Assembly: GCA_977020255.1 (NCBI GenBank)
Contig: CDROCS010000122.1
Coordinates: forward strand, 496,001 to 560,000
Source: Obrimoposthia wandeli
Lineage: Eukaryota
Direction: 5' to 3'
DNA length: 64,000 nucleotides
How positions within the stretch are numbered: the first letter of the stretch is position 1; each line of letters begins with the position of its first letter. The translations under genes were made by a program, and so were the position numbers. Under the pieces are notes generated by a model. That model saw only the letters and a list, made by a program, of their open reading frames with translations, was not told where the DNA came from and made no database searches. This document shows, piece after piece, positions 10,300-22,827 of this stretch.

Positions 10300-10426
10300 A
10301 TTACGAGTTTAACCTTACTAATGGAGGGTTTATGTGAATTGCACCTATAAAGCGAAACTATTCACACAAAAGTAGGCAATTGTTAATAAAGAAATGAGAC
10401 GAGAGGGAAGCGTGTATAAAAATCAC

Positions 10427-10465
10427 TGTTTATGCACCAGAGTAAACTTGATGCATAAACATTCA
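10427..10465. promoter_or_regulatory. inverted repeat with ARG-box-like arm (or dapB terminator-like hairpin)
   Basis: TGTTTATGCA-N15-TGCATAAACA; right arm TGCATAAACATTCA fits the ArgR 14-mer core. Confidence 0.4.
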
Positions 10466-10505
10466 ACAATACCTTTAGGGAATAAAGCAAGTTTCAGGCT
10501 AACAA

Positions 10506-11438
<933 letters not shown>

Positions 11439-12380
11439 TTAGATATTCTTTACTTGCAGCTCTCGGGGTACTTCAAAGAACATATTTTCTTCACGCCCAC
11501 TTAGCTCTTCAACATCGCCACCAATCAATGCCTGAATACGAACAATAATCTGATTAACGAGGTCTTCTGGCGCTGATGCGCCTGCCGTCACCCCCACTTT
11601 GGTTTTACCTTCAAACCAAACGGGTTTAACATCTTCAGGGCAATCAGTTAAGAAGCCTGGTGTGCCGAGTTTTTCTGATAATTCACGTAAACGGTTAGAA
11701 TTGGATGAATTCTTTGAGCCCACCACAATCATAACATCAACACTTTCAGCCATTTCACGCACCGCATCTTGACGGTTTTGGGTGGCATAACAGATGTCAT
11801 CTTTACGCGGCCCTTGGATCTCAGGGAACACTTTACGTAATTGATCGATCACATCTGCCGTTTCATCAACTGACAGCGTAGTTTGGCTTACGTAATGCAG
11901 GTTACTTGGATCTTTCACTTGAAGCTTTTCAACATCTTCCGGTTTTTCGACCAAGTACATGCCACCCGTTTGGCTCGCATACTGCCCCATTGTGCCTTCC
12001 ACTTCTGGGTGACCAGCGTGACCAATAAGTACCACTTCCATACTGCGGCGGCTTGCACGTGCGACTTCCATATGAACTTTGGTTACTAATGGGCAAGTTG
12101 CATCAAAAACCGTTAATTGACGCTCTTTCGCTTCATTTCTTACCGCTTGAGAAACACCATGAGCTGAGAAAATCACAATACTGTCATCAGGCACTTCGCT
12201 GAGCTCTTCGACAAAAATAGCACCACGCTGTTTTAGCCCTTCAACAACGAAACGATTGTGAACAACTTCATGACGTACGTAAATCGGCGGTTGGTACATT
12301 TCTAACGCACGCTCTACAATACTGATCGCACGGTCGACACCGGCACAAAAACCACGTGGGTTTGCTAATAAGATTTTCAT
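11439..12380 (-). CDS. ispH: 4-hydroxy-3-methylbut-2-enyl diphosphate reductase
   Basis: [35 protein letters not shown]. Confidence 0.98.
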   Translation of the reverse strand: MKILLANPRGFCAGVDRAISIVERALEMYQPPIYVRHEVVHNRFVVEGLKQRGAIFVEELSEVPDDSIVIFSAHGVSQAVRNEAKERQLTVFDATCPLVTKVHMEVARASRRSMEVVLIGHAGHPEVEGTMGQYASQTGGMYLVEKPEDVEKLQVKDPSNLHYVSQTTLSVDETADVIDQLRKVFPEIQGPRKDDICYATQNRQDAVREMAESVDVMIVVGSKNSSNSNRLRELSEKLGTPGFLTDCPEDVKPVWFEGKTKVGVTAGASAPEDLVNQIIVRIQALIGGDVEELSGREENMFFEVPRELQVKNI

Positions 12381-12392
12381 TTCAAACAGCTC

Positions 12393-12827
12393 TTAATCTT
12401 GGATTTCGACAACATCTACTTCAAAAGTAACACGCTGCCCAGCAAGAGGGTGATTAAAGTCGACGGTAACTGAATCACCAACGACACTGGTTATAATTCC
12501 GGGTATATCATGTCCATCGGGACCGGCAAAGCCGATAATCGTCCCAACTTCTGCAGGTGTATCTGCATTGAACTTACTTAAGTCTACATGATGAATATTG
12601 TCTGGGTTAGATAACCCAAATGCATCTGCAGGTTCTAGATCAAACTGGCTTTTTTCGCCAGTAGATAGACCCAGCAAACACTTTTCAAAATTTTCTGTCA
12701 GGCTACCATCGCCCATACGAAACTTGGCTGGCTTACCCATCGCTTGCGTTGAGTCAGCCACAGAACCATCTTCTAATTTAATGGCGAAGTGCATTAGCAC
12801 TTCACTTTTTTCCGTTATTACCGACAT
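12393..12827 (-). CDS. fkpB: FKBP-type peptidyl-prolyl isomerase SlpA
   Basis: VDFNHPLAGQ motif; lspA-fkpB-ispH synteny. Confidence 0.95.
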   Translation of the reverse strand: MSVITEKSEVLMHFAIKLEDGSVADSTQAMGKPAKFRMGDGSLTENFEKCLLGLSTGEKSQFDLEPADAFGLSNPDNIHHVDLSKFNADTPAEVGTIIGFAGPDGHDIPGIITSVVGDSVTVDFNHPLAGQRVTFEVDVVEIQD

Positions 12828-12938
12828 GTAAACATCCTAGTAGTAAGAGGCAAATTTATAGGGCACTTGAGAGAGATAACGCACTTTGTTTTATCTTTTT
12901 GGTGTGATTCTCTAAATGCTTGTCCCCTTTTTACAACA

Positions 12939-12969
12939 AAGCGCCGCCCGTATCAACGGACAGCGCTTA
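12939..12969 (-). terminator. hairpin/terminator between lspA and fkpB
   Basis: AAGCGCTGTCCGT-tgat-ACGGGCGGCGCTT followed by TGTTGT. Confidence 0.5.
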
Positions 12970-12999
12970 AGGTTATTACGTAACTCTGATTTTCAGTGG

Positions 13000-13524
13000 T
13001 TAATTGACTGTTTCTTTCTTATCAGCCATAAAGCCTTCAAGAATGATCAGTGCAGCACCAATACAAATAGCAGTATCTGCGATATTGAATGCTGGCCAAT
13101 GATACGTTCCCGCATAAAAATCAAGAAAATCAACCACAAAACCATGATACAAACGGTCAAACAAATTACCGAGTGCACCACCAATGATCAATGCATAAGC
13201 ACTATTTGCCAATCTATTTTGGCGTGGCGTACGACGCATCCAAAAAGCTAGCAAACCAGACACACCTAATGCAATCGCAGCAAAGAACCACCGCTGCCAA
13301 CCACCAGCATCATTTAAAAAACTAAATGCGGCACCGTAATTATGTACATAAAGTAAATTAAAAAATGGCAGAATTTCAATGCGGTTGGGCCAACCGTAAT
13401 CCATGGTATTCATAACCAAGAATTTACTGCCAATATCAATGATGAACACCAGAACCGCTAGCAATAGCCAGCGAATTCCAGATTGTTTAAGCGATAGCCC
13501 TTGCTTAGACGATTGCTGTGTCAT
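13000..13524 (-). CDS. lspA: lipoprotein signal peptidase
   Basis: [23 protein letters not shown]. Confidence 0.98.
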   Translation of the reverse strand: MTQQSSKQGLSLKQSGIRWLLLAVLVFIIDIGSKFLVMNTMDYGWPNRIEILPFFNLLYVHNYGAAFSFLNDAGGWQRWFFAAIALGVSGLLAFWMRRTPRQNRLANSAYALIIGGALGNLFDRLYHGFVVDFLDFYAGTYHWPAFNIADTAICIGAALIILEGFMADKKETVN

Positions 13525-16370
13525 TAGGCAAACTTACGCTCTTCGCCTTCACCGCTAACGTTAGTCACACAACGACCACATACTTCTTCGTGACCTTCGA
13601 TAGTGCCAACATCAGCAACATGGTGCCAACAACGATCACACTTTGCCGCTTCAGATACGTTAACTGTCACAAATAGACCTTCAACGTCAGTCTCTTGCGC
13701 GCCTTCAGGCATGCTGTCTGCGATAGCAACATCAGCTTTAGATGTTAATAATACAAAACGTAGTTCATCTTCAAGCGTATTCAACTTCGCTGCTAATGTT
13801 TCATTTGCATGCAAAGTGATTTCTGCTTGCAAAGAACCACCAATCACTTTGTCTTTACGCGCAAGTTCAAGCAATTTGTTTACCGCACCACGAACTTGCT
13901 GAATTTCAGCCCAGAATTCATCATTCAGTACTTCGTCGTCAGCAAGACCAAATAGACCTTCGAACCATTCGCCAGTAAAGACGAACTTATCACGCTGGCC
14001 TGGCATTTCATTCCAGATTTCATCAGCAGTGAACGACATAATTGGTGCCATCCAACGAACTAATGCTTCAACAATGTAGTAAAGCGCAGTTTGACAGCTA
14101 CGTTGTGCGTGGCCACCTTGTTTTGCAGTGTATTGACGGTCTTTGATTACGTCTAAGTAGAAAGAACCCATCTCAACAGAACAGAATTGCATCAAACGCT
14201 GCGTTACACCGTGTAGGTTGTATTCGTCATACGCTTTAATGATTTCTTCTTGTGCTTCCATTGCACGGCCAACAGCCCAACGATCCAATGCCACCATTTC
14301 TTCTGGTGCAACTAGATCAGTTTCTGGGTTGAAGCCATTCAAGTTAGCTAAGAAGAAACGCGCAGTGTTACGAATACGACGGTATGCATCGGCTGAACGT
14401 TTTAGGATTTCATCAGAAACCGCCACTTCACCAGTGTAATCTGTTGACGCAACCCATAGGCGCAAGATATCGGCACCCAGCTTATTCATTACATCTTTTG
14501 GTGCAACAACATTACCAACAGATTTAGACATCTTACGACCTTGTCCATCAACCACGAAACCGTGTGTTAATACTTGGTTGTAAGGTGCTTTACCTTTCAT
14601 TGCTACTGATGTAATCAATGAAGACTGGAACCAACCTCGGTGTTGATCTGAACCTTCTAGGTATAGATCAGCTGAGTGGCCATTATATTCTTCACGGCTA
14701 TCAATTACAGAGAAGTGTGTAACGCCTGAATCGAACCATACATCCAGTGTATCGAGTACTTTTTCGTAGTTAGCGGCATCAGCTTCGCCCATTAACTCTG
14801 CAGGATCGAGATCCCACCATGCTTGAATGCCTTTCTGCTCAACAAGCTGTGCTACTTTTTCAATCAGTGCACGCGTATCTGGGTGAAGCTCTTGTGTTTC
14901 TTTATGAACGAACAGAGCAATTGGCACACCCCAAGTACGTTGACGAGAGATACACCATTCAGGGCGACCTTCAACCATACCTTCGATGCGGCTTTGACCC
15001 CATTCAGGTAACCACTGAACGTTCTTGATTTCACCTAATGTTTTAGCGCGAAGGCCTGCTTTGTCCATTGAAATGAACCACTGTGGCGTTGCACGGAAGA
15101 TAATAGGTGTTTTATGGCGCCAGCAATGTGGGTAGCTGTGTTCATAAGCATGATGGTGTAATAACGCACCGTGCTCTTTTAATGTTTCAACAACAACGTC
15201 GTTAGCTTTAAATACGTGTTGACCTGCAAACAGCTCAGTATCAGGTAAGTAAACACCGTTACTGCCTACTGGGTTCGCAATTTCAAGGCCGTACTTTTGA
15301 CCTACCACGAAGTCTTCTTGACCATGACCAGGGGCTGTGTGTACACAACCAGTACCGGCTTCAGTTGTAACGTGGTCACCAAGAACGATTGGCACATCAA
15401 AGCTGTAGAATGGGTGATTGAAGCGCATTAGCTCCAAATCTGCACCTTTACAGAAGCCAAGATTATGGAAATGCTCGATACCCGCACGATCCATTACATC
15501 TTTTGCTAGCTCTGCAGCAACAATTAAGCGGTATGCCGCTTTATCATTTGCAGCATCTGCTTCAACTTGAACCAGTACATATTCAAGATCATCACGAACA
15601 GCAACAGCACGGTTAGCTGGCATTGTCCAAGGCGTAGTTGTCCAGATAACAACAGATACATCACCTTGACCTTCGTGACCTTCTGCACAGTTAAATTTAG
15701 CAACGACACCCGCTTCATCAACCGCTTTAAATTTAACGTCGATAGAAGGTGATACTTTATCTTGGTATTCAACTTCAGCTTCAGCCAATGCAGAACCACA
15801 ATCAGTACACCAGTGAACAGGCTTAAAACCTTTCAATAGGTGATCGTTTTCTGCCACTTTGCCCAAAGCACGAATGATGTTCGCCTCTGTTGCAAAATCC
15901 ATTGTACGGTAAGGCTTATCCCATTGACCTAGTACACCTAGGCGAATGAAACTTTCTTTTTGACCTTCCACTTGACCCGCTGCATATTCACGACATTTTT
16001 GTCGGAATTCAGCAGCGGTTAGTTTACGCCCTGGCTTGCCCCACTTCTTCTCTACCATCAATTCGATAGGTAGACCGTGGCAGTCCCAACCGGGAATGTA
16101 AGGAGCATCAAAGCCAGAAAGCGTCTTTGACTTAATAATAATGTCTTTCAGAATTTTATTTAGCGCGTGACCAATGTGAATATCACCGTTGGCGTAAGGA
16201 GGGCCATCGTGCAATATGAAGGATTTCTTCCCCTTCTTAGCTTTACGGATTTCACCGTAAAGATCTTCATCATCCCAACGTTTTAGCATTACTGGCTCAC
16301 GTTGTGCCAGGTTGCCTCGCATCGGAAACCCTGTTTCAGGTAAGTTCAGGGTATCTTTATAGTCACTCAT
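13524..16370 (-). CDS. ileS: isoleucine--tRNA ligase (type 1)
   Basis: [12 protein letters not shown] (HIGH), KMSKS, C-terminal CDRCW...CGRC zinc site. Confidence 0.99.
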   Translation of the reverse strand: MSDYKDTLNLPETGFPMRGNLAQREPVMLKRWDDEDLYGEIRKAKKGKKSFILHDGPPYANGDIHIGHALNKILKDIIIKSKTLSGFDAPYIPGWDCHGLPIELMVEKKWGKPGRKLTAAEFRQKCREYAAGQVEGQKESFIRLGVLGQWDKPYRTMDFATEANIIRALGKVAENDHLLKGFKPVHWCTDCGSALAEAEVEYQDKVSPSIDVKFKAVDEAGVVAKFNCAEGHEGQGDVSVVIWTTTPWTMPANRAVAVRDDLEYVLVQVEADAANDKAAYRLIVAAELAKDVMDRAGIEHFHNLGFCKGADLELMRFNHPFYSFDVPIVLGDHVTTEAGTGCVHTAPGHGQEDFVVGQKYGLEIANPVGSNGVYLPDTELFAGQHVFKANDVVVETLKEHGALLHHHAYEHSYPHCWRHKTPIIFRATPQWFISMDKAGLRAKTLGEIKNVQWLPEWGQSRIEGMVEGRPEWCISRQRTWGVPIALFVHKETQELHPDTRALIEKVAQLVEQKGIQAWWDLDPAELMGEADAANYEKVLDTLDVWFDSGVTHFSVIDSREEYNGHSADLYLEGSDQHRGWFQSSLITSVAMKGKAPYNQVLTHGFVVDGQGRKMSKSVGNVVAPKDVMNKLGADILRLWVASTDYTGEVAVSDEILKRSADAYRRIRNTARFFLANLNGFNPETDLVAPEEMVALDRWAVGRAMEAQEEIIKAYDEYNLHGVTQRLMQFCSVEMGSFYLDVIKDRQYTAKQGGHAQRSCQTALYYIVEALVRWMAPIMSFTADEIWNEMPGQRDKFVFTGEWFEGLFGLADDEVLNDEFWAEIQQVRGAVNKLLELARKDKVIGGSLQAEITLHANETLAAKLNTLEDELRFVLLTSKADVAIADSMPEGAQETDVEGLFVTVNVSEAAKCDRCWHHVADVGTIEGHEEVCGRCVTNVSGEGEERKFA

Positions 16371-17338
16371 TGATTCTCGATTCCGTTACTTGGGCGAAGT
16401 TGGACATTATTACGCTCAGACAGCCACACCCGTGCTGTTTGTGCGTCACGCTCGATTTGTGCTTTTAGCGCATCGAATGATTCGAATTTTATTTCATTAC
16501 GTAACTTATGATGTAGTACTACCTCTATCTGACAACCGTATAAATCCGATTGAAAATCAAAGAGGTGAACTTCTAATTGCTGACGTACACCATTGACTGT
16601 TGGTCGATGACCAACATTGGCAACACCCGGTAAAGGTGCGCCATCAACACCGAAGACCTCAACCGCATACACACCAGACACGGGTGATACACGGCGTTTT
16701 AAAGGGACATTCGCTGTTGGAAAACCAATTGTTCGACCAAGCTTTCGGCCGTGGGATACTCGCCCACTGATACTATATAAACGGCCTAACATGGAGGCCG
16801 CCAACGGTAATTGATCATTCACTAAAGCATGGCGAATAGCGGTACTACTGACGCGCTGTTCTAACATACAAAAACTTTGAGTACTGACAACCACAAAACC
16901 GAACTCACGTCCGGCAGCTTCAAGCATTTCAAAATTTCCGCGTCGACCTTTACCAAAGCAGAAGTCATCACCGACTACCAGAAATTTAACACCCAATTGC
17001 TCTACCAACAAGCGACTAACAAAATCTTCTGCCGACATATTGGCAAAGTGAGCATTAAAGTTGACGCAGAGCAAACGTTCAACGCCCGTTTTCTTCAATT
17101 GTATATACTTATCACGAAAACGAGTTAAGCGAGCGGGGGCATTATCTGCCGCAAATAATTCAAGCGGCTGGGGCTCGAAAGTCATCACCATTGCAGGTAA
17201 GCCTAATGATTGCGCTTTTGTGATCACCTGACGTAACACCGCCTGATGCCCTAAATGAACACCATCAAAATTACCAATCGTCAACACGCAATCGTGATGC
17301 TTTGGTTGAATGTTATGTATGCCTCGGATTAATTCCAT
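16367..17338 (-). CDS. ribF: bifunctional riboflavin kinase/FAD synthetase
   Basis: [23 protein letters not shown]; ATGA overlap with ileS. Confidence 0.98.
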   Translation of the reverse strand: MELIRGIHNIQPKHHDCVLTIGNFDGVHLGHQAVLRQVITKAQSLGLPAMVMTFEPQPLELFAADNAPARLTRFRDKYIQLKKTGVERLLCVNFNAHFANMSAEDFVSRLLVEQLGVKFLVVGDDFCFGKGRRGNFEMLEAAGREFGFVVVSTQSFCMLEQRVSSTAIRHALVNDQLPLAASMLGRLYSISGRVSHGRKLGRTIGFPTANVPLKRRVSPVSGVYAVEVFGVDGAPLPGVANVGHRPTVNGVRQQLEVHLFDFQSDLYGCQIEVVLHHKLRNEIKFESFDALKAQIERDAQTARVWLSERNNVQLRPSNGIENQ

Positions 17339-17401
17339 GCGTCGCTTTTATTATTCGCAATGTGAAAAACTGACGGATTATATACTACTAAAGGCAGTCT
17401 A

Positions 17402-18961
17402 TCAGCTATCAGTACGAAGATGATGAGGTCGAATACCTAAAATCATCACAGAAATAAGATACACAAATGCACCAACAGCAATCAACCCCGCTAACCATGT
17501 TGCACGATTAAGTGTTGACCATTCGCTCCATAAATCGATATTCGGCATTAACCACAACAGAGAAGCGACCATAGCAGCGCCAGCAATCACAAGCCGTAAC
17601 ACGAAGAATAAGGTCTTTTTCGTAATTCGATAGACATTGGTAATGTGTAAGCCTCGATATAGCAGCCCTGCGTTAATCAAAGCAGATAAAGCGGTTGCCA
17701 TCGCCAAGCCAACATAGCTAAAGAAATAGGCAAAAATAGCATTGAAAAACATATTCGATACCATGGCTATAATGCCATAACGTACAGGTGTTTTCGTATC
17801 TTGGCGGGCGTAATAACCTGGGGCGAAAATTTTAATCAACATAAAATTCAGTAGGCCAGCAGATAGAGCCCACAAAGACATCGCAGATTGATTAACATCA
17901 TACAGTGAGAATTCACCACGCATAAACAATACCATCAACATTGGTTTTGCAAGCACTAGCATCCCCAGCATGGCAGGAATGCCCAGAAGCAATACCATGC
18001 GTACTCCCCAATCCATGGTTTCCGCAAACTGCTTGCCTTGTTGGTCTGCATGTTTGCGTGATAACGCCGGAAGGATCACTGTGGCTATGGCAATACCAAA
18101 TAACCCTAATGGAAACTCCAATAGACGATCAGAATAATAGAGCCAGCTAATGGAGCCGGTCATAAGGAAACTGGCAATAAATGTATCAAGCAGTAAATTG
18201 ATCTGGCTAACAGACACCCCAAAAATAGCGGGCAGCATCAATTTACGGATTTTTGTTACGCCAGGGTCATTCCAACCCCACTGTGGTTTTACTAACAGTC
18301 CCGCTTTTGCCAAAAAGGGCAACTGAAAAACAAACTGAATAAAACCACCCAGAAATACACCAATGGCTAAACCAATTTCAGGTTGCTCTAAATTTGGAGA
18401 GATCAACCAAGCACAGCCAATGATCGCGATATTCAAAAACACAGGCGTAAAAGAAGAAACAGCAAATTTTCCGATGGTATTAAGAATTGCCCCAGATAGC
18501 GCAACAAAAGTAATAAACCACAAATAAGGGAAAGTGATCTTCAGTAACAGGCTGGCTAATTCAAACTTTGCACCATCAGGTCCGCCATTTAGCCAATCAA
18601 TAAACCACCCAGCACCAAACATGGCCGTTACGACCCCCGAACATAAAACACCCACTAAAGTGACGAGGGTAACGATGACGCCAAGTGTGCCTGACGCTTT
18701 AGCAATAAGCTGCCGAGTCTTGTCAATATCACCAGATGAGTGATATTCAGTCAATACGGGAACAAAAGCTTGAGAAAAAGCACCTTCAGCAAAAAGGCGA
18801 CGTAAAAAGTTAGGGATCTTGTTGGCAAAGAAGAAAACATCGGCCGCAGCCCCTGCTCCCATAAGGTTTGCCACGACAACATCTCGCACTAAACCGAGCA
18901 CTCGAGAGATCAAAGTCATGCCGCTAACTATCAGTCCAGAACGTAAAAGACGCTTACTCAC
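17402..18961 (-). CDS. murJ: lipid II flippase MurJ (MviN)
   Basis: SRVLGLVRD, RRLFAEGAFSQAFVP, YYSDRLLEFPLG; GTG start at 18961 after GAGG. Confidence 0.96.
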   Translation of the reverse strand: MSKRLLRSGLIVSGMTLISRVLGLVRDVVVANLMGAGAAADVFFFANKIPNFLRRLFAEGAFSQAFVPVLTEYHSSGDIDKTRQLIAKASGTLGVIVTLVTLVGVLCSGVVTAMFGAGWFIDWLNGGPDGAKFELASLLLKITFPYLWFITFVALSGAILNTIGKFAVSSFTPVFLNIAIIGCAWLISPNLEQPEIGLAIGVFLGGFIQFVFQLPFLAKAGLLVKPQWGWNDPGVTKIRKLMLPAIFGVSVSQINLLLDTFIASFLMTGSISWLYYSDRLLEFPLGLFGIAIATVILPALSRKHADQQGKQFAETMDWGVRMVLLLGIPAMLGMLVLAKPMLMVLFMRGEFSLYDVNQSAMSLWALSAGLLNFMLIKIFAPGYYARQDTKTPVRYGIIAMVSNMFFNAIFAYFFSYVGLAMATALSALINAGLLYRGLHITNVYRITKKTLFFVLRLVIAGAAMVASLLWLMPNIDLWSEWSTLNRATWLAGLIAVGAFVYLISVMILGIRPHHLRTDS

Positions 18962-19093
18962 AAAAAAAACCTCATAAAGATGGCTCAGAAAGGTTACTTC
19001 CAGACCAAATGCTGGTAAAATCTGCCGCCATATTAACTGTGTTATTCCGCAAGTGCCAACTAGATTGGTTTGGCGGATATTCACACAAATCAT

Positions 19094-19122
19094 TTGACAA
19101 TTTTTGGTTAAGCAGGCATAGT
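19094..19122 (+). promoter_or_regulatory. rpsT promoter
   Basis: TTGACA-N17-CATAGT followed by a GC-rich discriminator. Confidence 0.65.
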
Positions 19123-19168
19123 CCTCGGCCTAAAATTGTCACCGTACCAAGATTTGGGAGTTACACCC

Positions 19169-19429
19169 TTGGCGAATATCAAATCTGCTAAGAAACGTGC
19201 TATTACTTCAGAAAAACGTCGTCAGCATAATGCTAGCCGTCGTTCTATGATGCGCACTTTCTTCAAAAAAGTTATTGCTGCTATTGAAGCTGGCGAAAAA
19301 GAGAATGCAACTAAAGCATTCGCTGAAATGCAACCTGTTCTAGATCGTATGTCTACTAAAGGCTTGATCCACAAGAACAAAGCTGCACGTCAGAAAGCAC
19401 GTCTAACAGCTAAAATCAAAGCTCTTTAA
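19169..19429 (+). CDS. rpsT: 30S ribosomal protein S20
   Basis: [10 protein letters not shown]...[13 protein letters not shown]; TTG start after GGGAG. Confidence 0.98.
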   Translation: MANIKSAKKRAITSEKRRQHNASRRSMMRTFFKKVIAAIEAGEKENATKAFAEMQPVLDRMSTKGLIHKNKAARQKARLTAKIKAL

Positions 19430-19452
19430 TTTAAAGAGTTGCGAATTAGCAT

Positions 19453-19483
19453 AAAAAAAACCGGCTTATGCCGGTTTTTTTTT
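19453..19483. terminator. bidirectional terminator rpsT/hlyU
   Basis: A8-CCGGC-ttat-GCCGG-T9. Confidence 0.9.
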
Positions 19484-19539
19484 ATCTATTGAAAAGTACT
19501 TCTTATTTACATACTGAATAACATAGATTGACTTGCTGG

Positions 19540-19833
19540 TTAGCCACAGTACATACCATGTAAAAGCTTTATCATCGCTCTGACTTCATCACTTTTTAAA
19601 CGGTAGTACACCGTTTGTGCTTCTTTACGGGTATCAACTAACCCATCACGCCTTAACCATGCCAAATGTTGAGACAATGCAGACTGGCTCAAGCCAAGTT
19701 TCTCACTCATCATCCCTACCGACATTTCTTCTTCTAGTAAATAACAAAGAATAAATAAACGTCGCTCATTGGCCATGGCTTTCAGCAACACTACAGCTTT
19801 GGGCGCATTTTGCTCCATCTGTTGCAGATCCAT
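19540..19833 (-). CDS. hlyU: ArsR/SmtB-family transcriptional activator HlyU
   Basis: LLKAMANERRLFILC, SQSALSQHLAWLRRDGLV; nhaR-hlyU-rpsT synteny of Vibrionaceae. Confidence 0.9.
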   Translation of the reverse strand: MDLQQMEQNAPKAVVLLKAMANERRLFILCYLLEEEMSVGMMSEKLGLSQSALSQHLAWLRRDGLVDTRKEAQTVYYRLKSDEVRAMIKLLHGMYCG

Positions 19834-19929
19834 ACTCTAACCGCCATTAATTTAAGTTATTGCTAATATACTTAATTTTTATAGGGTTTACTAGTTTTAC
19901 GCCTATAAAAAACATCACTTTATGTAACC

Positions 19930-20817
19930 TTATTTAAACAATTTGCTAAAATCTGCTTCGCATATTTTTTTCACTGCTGGGTGCATTATCATGCGTTCAG
20001 CAAAAATTACGTAATATTCTTCTTTTATGTCTTCTACTCGCTTCAATTCGCGAATAGTATTCGACTCTTCAATCTCTTCTGCATAAATCGATGGCGCCAC
20101 AAACATAGAACCGTGATATGAACCAAACGCTTTCATCAACGCGGCATCATCAAACTCACCCAATATATTGGGCGTAATGCCTTGCTGATCAAACCATTGA
20201 TGTAATTTTCTTCCCATGGCAGTTCGACGGCCAGGCACCAACAGTTTGTAATCTTCTATACAAGCAGGGAAATCGACAGGTTTAGCTGGAACAGAACAGA
20301 AGAAGCTCATACTCGACTCCCCTAATTTCTTACTGTAAAGCCCTGGGCTCTTTCCTGAATCTACAGGGCAGTCAGATAGGATCATATCCAGTTTATGCAG
20401 TGACAGTTGCTCTAGGAGCATTTCGTGGGTAGATTCATAGCAACGTAATTGAATTCGCTCATCAGCAGGTACACCTTCCAGTAATACTTTACTGACTAAC
20501 CGTTTTGATAAAGCATCGGCAACTCCAACTTCGAGTAATAGATTCTCTCGCTGAGTGTAATTAACGATATCGAGCATTTCGTAGCTCAAATCAAACATTT
20601 TATCGGCATATTTAAAAACAAGTTGCCCTAATTCTGTCGGTTCGATATTACGACCAACACGCTTGGTTAGTTTGCCTTTTAAACGCTCCTCCAACGCCCT
20701 TACCTGCCCTGTCACCGTTTGAGGGGCAAGAAATAAGGCATCTGCCGCTTTTGTAACAGAGCCCTGTTTACATACCATCCAGAAGTAATACAGATGGTTA
20801 TAATTGAGATGAGACAT
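19930..20817 (-). CDS. nhaR: LysR-family Na+-responsive activator NhaR
   Basis: [38 protein letters not shown]. Confidence 0.96.
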   Translation of the reverse strand: MSHLNYNHLYYFWMVCKQGSVTKAADALFLAPQTVTGQVRALEERLKGKLTKRVGRNIEPTELGQLVFKYADKMFDLSYEMLDIVNYTQRENLLLEVGVADALSKRLVSKVLLEGVPADERIQLRCYESTHEMLLEQLSLHKLDMILSDCPVDSGKSPGLYSKKLGESSMSFFCSVPAKPVDFPACIEDYKLLVPGRRTAMGRKLHQWFDQQGITPNILGEFDDAALMKAFGSYHGSMFVAPSIYAEEIEESNTIRELKRVEDIKEEYYVIFAERMIMHPAVKKICEADFSKLFK

Positions 20818-20833
20818 CCTGTAACTCATAAAT

Positions 20834-20880
20834 AAAAAAAAACCCCAGATACTCAGCTTACGCTGTGCATCTGGGGGCTT
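20834..20880 (-). terminator. terminator just upstream of nhaR
   Basis: CCCCAGATGC...GTATCTGGGG followed by T9 on minus strand, ending about 17 nt before the nhaR ATG. Confidence 0.75.
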
Positions 20881-20922
20881 CAATATTTATTACAATTCAA
20901 ACAGAGATGAATAAAAAAGTGT

Positions 20923-21192
20923 TTACAGATTATTCACCTGAACGTTTTTTTTATCTGTTTGAACTGTTTTACGGTAACGCTCTCCTACACGTTGTTCTAA
21001 TGCACGAGAACGAAAAGAATCAGCCTGCTCATCCACGGTTGCTATCTCAAAATTCTCTTTACCATGGCTAACACCAGCAAAATAAGCCTGACAGACGTCA
21101 GTCTGAATATTATCAATACAACCTTCATAATCAGAACCAGCAAAGGCTGAAGATGAAGCTAGAACAACAACGCTTAGAAGATAACGTTTCAT
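20923..21192 (-). CDS. small exported protein (89 aa, signal peptide, C-x9-C)
   Basis: MKRYLLSVVVLASSSAFA signal peptide; starts 1 nt after the nhaA stop. Confidence 0.7.
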   Translation of the reverse strand: MKRYLLSVVVLASSSAFAGSDYEGCIDNIQTDVCQAYFAGVSHGKENFEIATVDEQADSFRSRALEQRVGERYRKTVQTDKKNVQVNNL

Positions 21193-21193
21193 T

Positions 21194-22351
21194 TTATGCC
21201 TCCGTTTTAGGCAAAGTCCGACTCAATAAAAAGTAACCCACAACAGCAGCTACCGTTGAACCCATTAAGATACCTAAACGTGAATAGGTATTGAAATCAG
21301 CAGGCGCACCTACAAATGCCAATGAGGAGATAAAGATCGACATCGTAAAGCCGATACCACACAACACAGATACAGCAAAGATGTGCTTCAGGTTAATACC
21401 ATCTGGTAATGTTGCTAACCCCATTTTAACTGCGATATAACTTGCCGTGAAAATCCCCAATGGCTTACCAAGAAATAGTCCAGCAGCGATACCTAGCGGC
21501 AGCATACCTGTGACACTTTCTAGAGATACACCCTCTAAAGAAATACCAGCATTCGCAAATGCAAATAACGGTAAAATTAAGAAAGCGACATAAGGGTGTA
21601 AAACATGCTCTAGGTGCTTCAGGGGAGAATGTTTATCAGAACGTCCATCTTTGCCGGTTAATGGAATAGCAAAACCAAGTACGACACCCGCCAAGGTTGC
21701 GTGTACACCTGACTTCAATACGCTAAACCACAGTATTGCACCCACAATTAAGTACAGAGAAGTCTTGGTAACATTCTTCGCATTCATCACAAACAACGTC
21801 GCAGTTGCAGCAAACGCAACAGCCAGTGCCAATGTTGATAAATCACTGCTGTAAAACAGAGCAATAATCACAATAACGCCCAGATCATCGATAATGGCCA
21901 GCGCTAATAAAAAGACTTTTAAGCTAACAGGTACACGATTACCCAATAACGCCATTACACCCAGTGCAAAAGCAATATCAGTAGCCGCTGGAATTGCCCA
22001 CCCTTGAATCGCAATAGGATCTGCAAAATTAAATGCTACGTAGACTAATGCAGGTGCGACCATGCCACCCACTGCGGCAATAGCAGGGAAAATCGCTTTT
22101 TCTTTTGTATTTAACGCACCTTCAATCAACTCTCTTTTTACTTCAAGTCCAATTAACATGAAGAAAACAGCCATCAGTCCATCATTAATCCAATGCTCAA
22201 CAGATAGACCAGCGATATATGAACTCAATGTACTGCTGTATAGAGATTGTAATGGGGAGTTTGCAATAACCATTGCTACCGCTGCGGCAATAATAAGAAT
22301 GATACCGCCCGCAGACTCTAACTTTAAAAACTTACGTATAGCATCGGTCAT
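21194..22351 (-). CDS. nhaA: Na+/H+ antiporter NhaA
   Basis: [35 protein letters not shown]; ATG at 22351 after AGGAG. Confidence 0.98.
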   Translation of the reverse strand: MTDAIRKFLKLESAGGIILIIAAAVAMVIANSPLQSLYSSTLSSYIAGLSVEHWINDGLMAVFFMLIGLEVKRELIEGALNTKEKAIFPAIAAVGGMVAPALVYVAFNFADPIAIQGWAIPAATDIAFALGVMALLGNRVPVSLKVFLLALAIIDDLGVIVIIALFYSSDLSTLALAVAFAATATLFVMNAKNVTKTSLYLIVGAILWFSVLKSGVHATLAGVVLGFAIPLTGKDGRSDKHSPLKHLEHVLHPYVAFLILPLFAFANAGISLEGVSLESVTGMLPLGIAAGLFLGKPLGIFTASYIAVKMGLATLPDGINLKHIFAVSVLCGIGFTMSIFISSLAFVGAPADFNTYSRLGILMGSTVAAVVGYFLLSRTLPKTEA

Positions 22352-22739
22352 TGACCGTGACTCCTTAAAACAAAACAAAAAATATTACGATTTGTAAATT
22401 TAGTGTAGCCGTCACACTTACTATCTGTGAAATCGTTTGTTCAGCGCTAATTGCTCGGTAAAACCGAGTAATTAGTAGCTTAAGCAAGAAATATCCGCAC
22501 AATTGAATCAATATCGGTGCTCACAGTCATATAAAACATATGCAAATCACTATTTAAATGAAAAAAAGCACTATTTTTTTCATTATTTTTAGCATAGTGA
22601 ACTTGTATAAATAAACCAATAAAAATAAAAGTAAAAACCTAAAAAAACAAAGATTTAAATAAATATTGTAATTGTAAGCCAGCTATTCCCCCCCTACTCC
22701 CCTTCACAAATTAAGCACAAAATCGCTTTATAACAATCA

Positions 22740-22773
22740 GTGTCATATTTCTGAAATATTACAGAACTACCAT
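22740..22773 (+). promoter_or_regulatory. candidate Pho box plus -10 element upstream of nptA
   Basis: GTGTCAT-ATTT-CTGAAAT (3 mismatches to CTGTCATAWAWCTGTMAY), then 10 nt, then TACCAT. Confidence 0.45.
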
Positions 22774-22827
22774 CGCCTCAGATTTCAACAAAATGAAACC
22801 CAAACGACATACTATTGTCATGGAGAT

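Noticed and set aside
10427-10441. LexA box CTGTTTATGCACCAG
   Set aside because: 15 nt rather than CTG-N10-CAG, and no SOS gene adjacent
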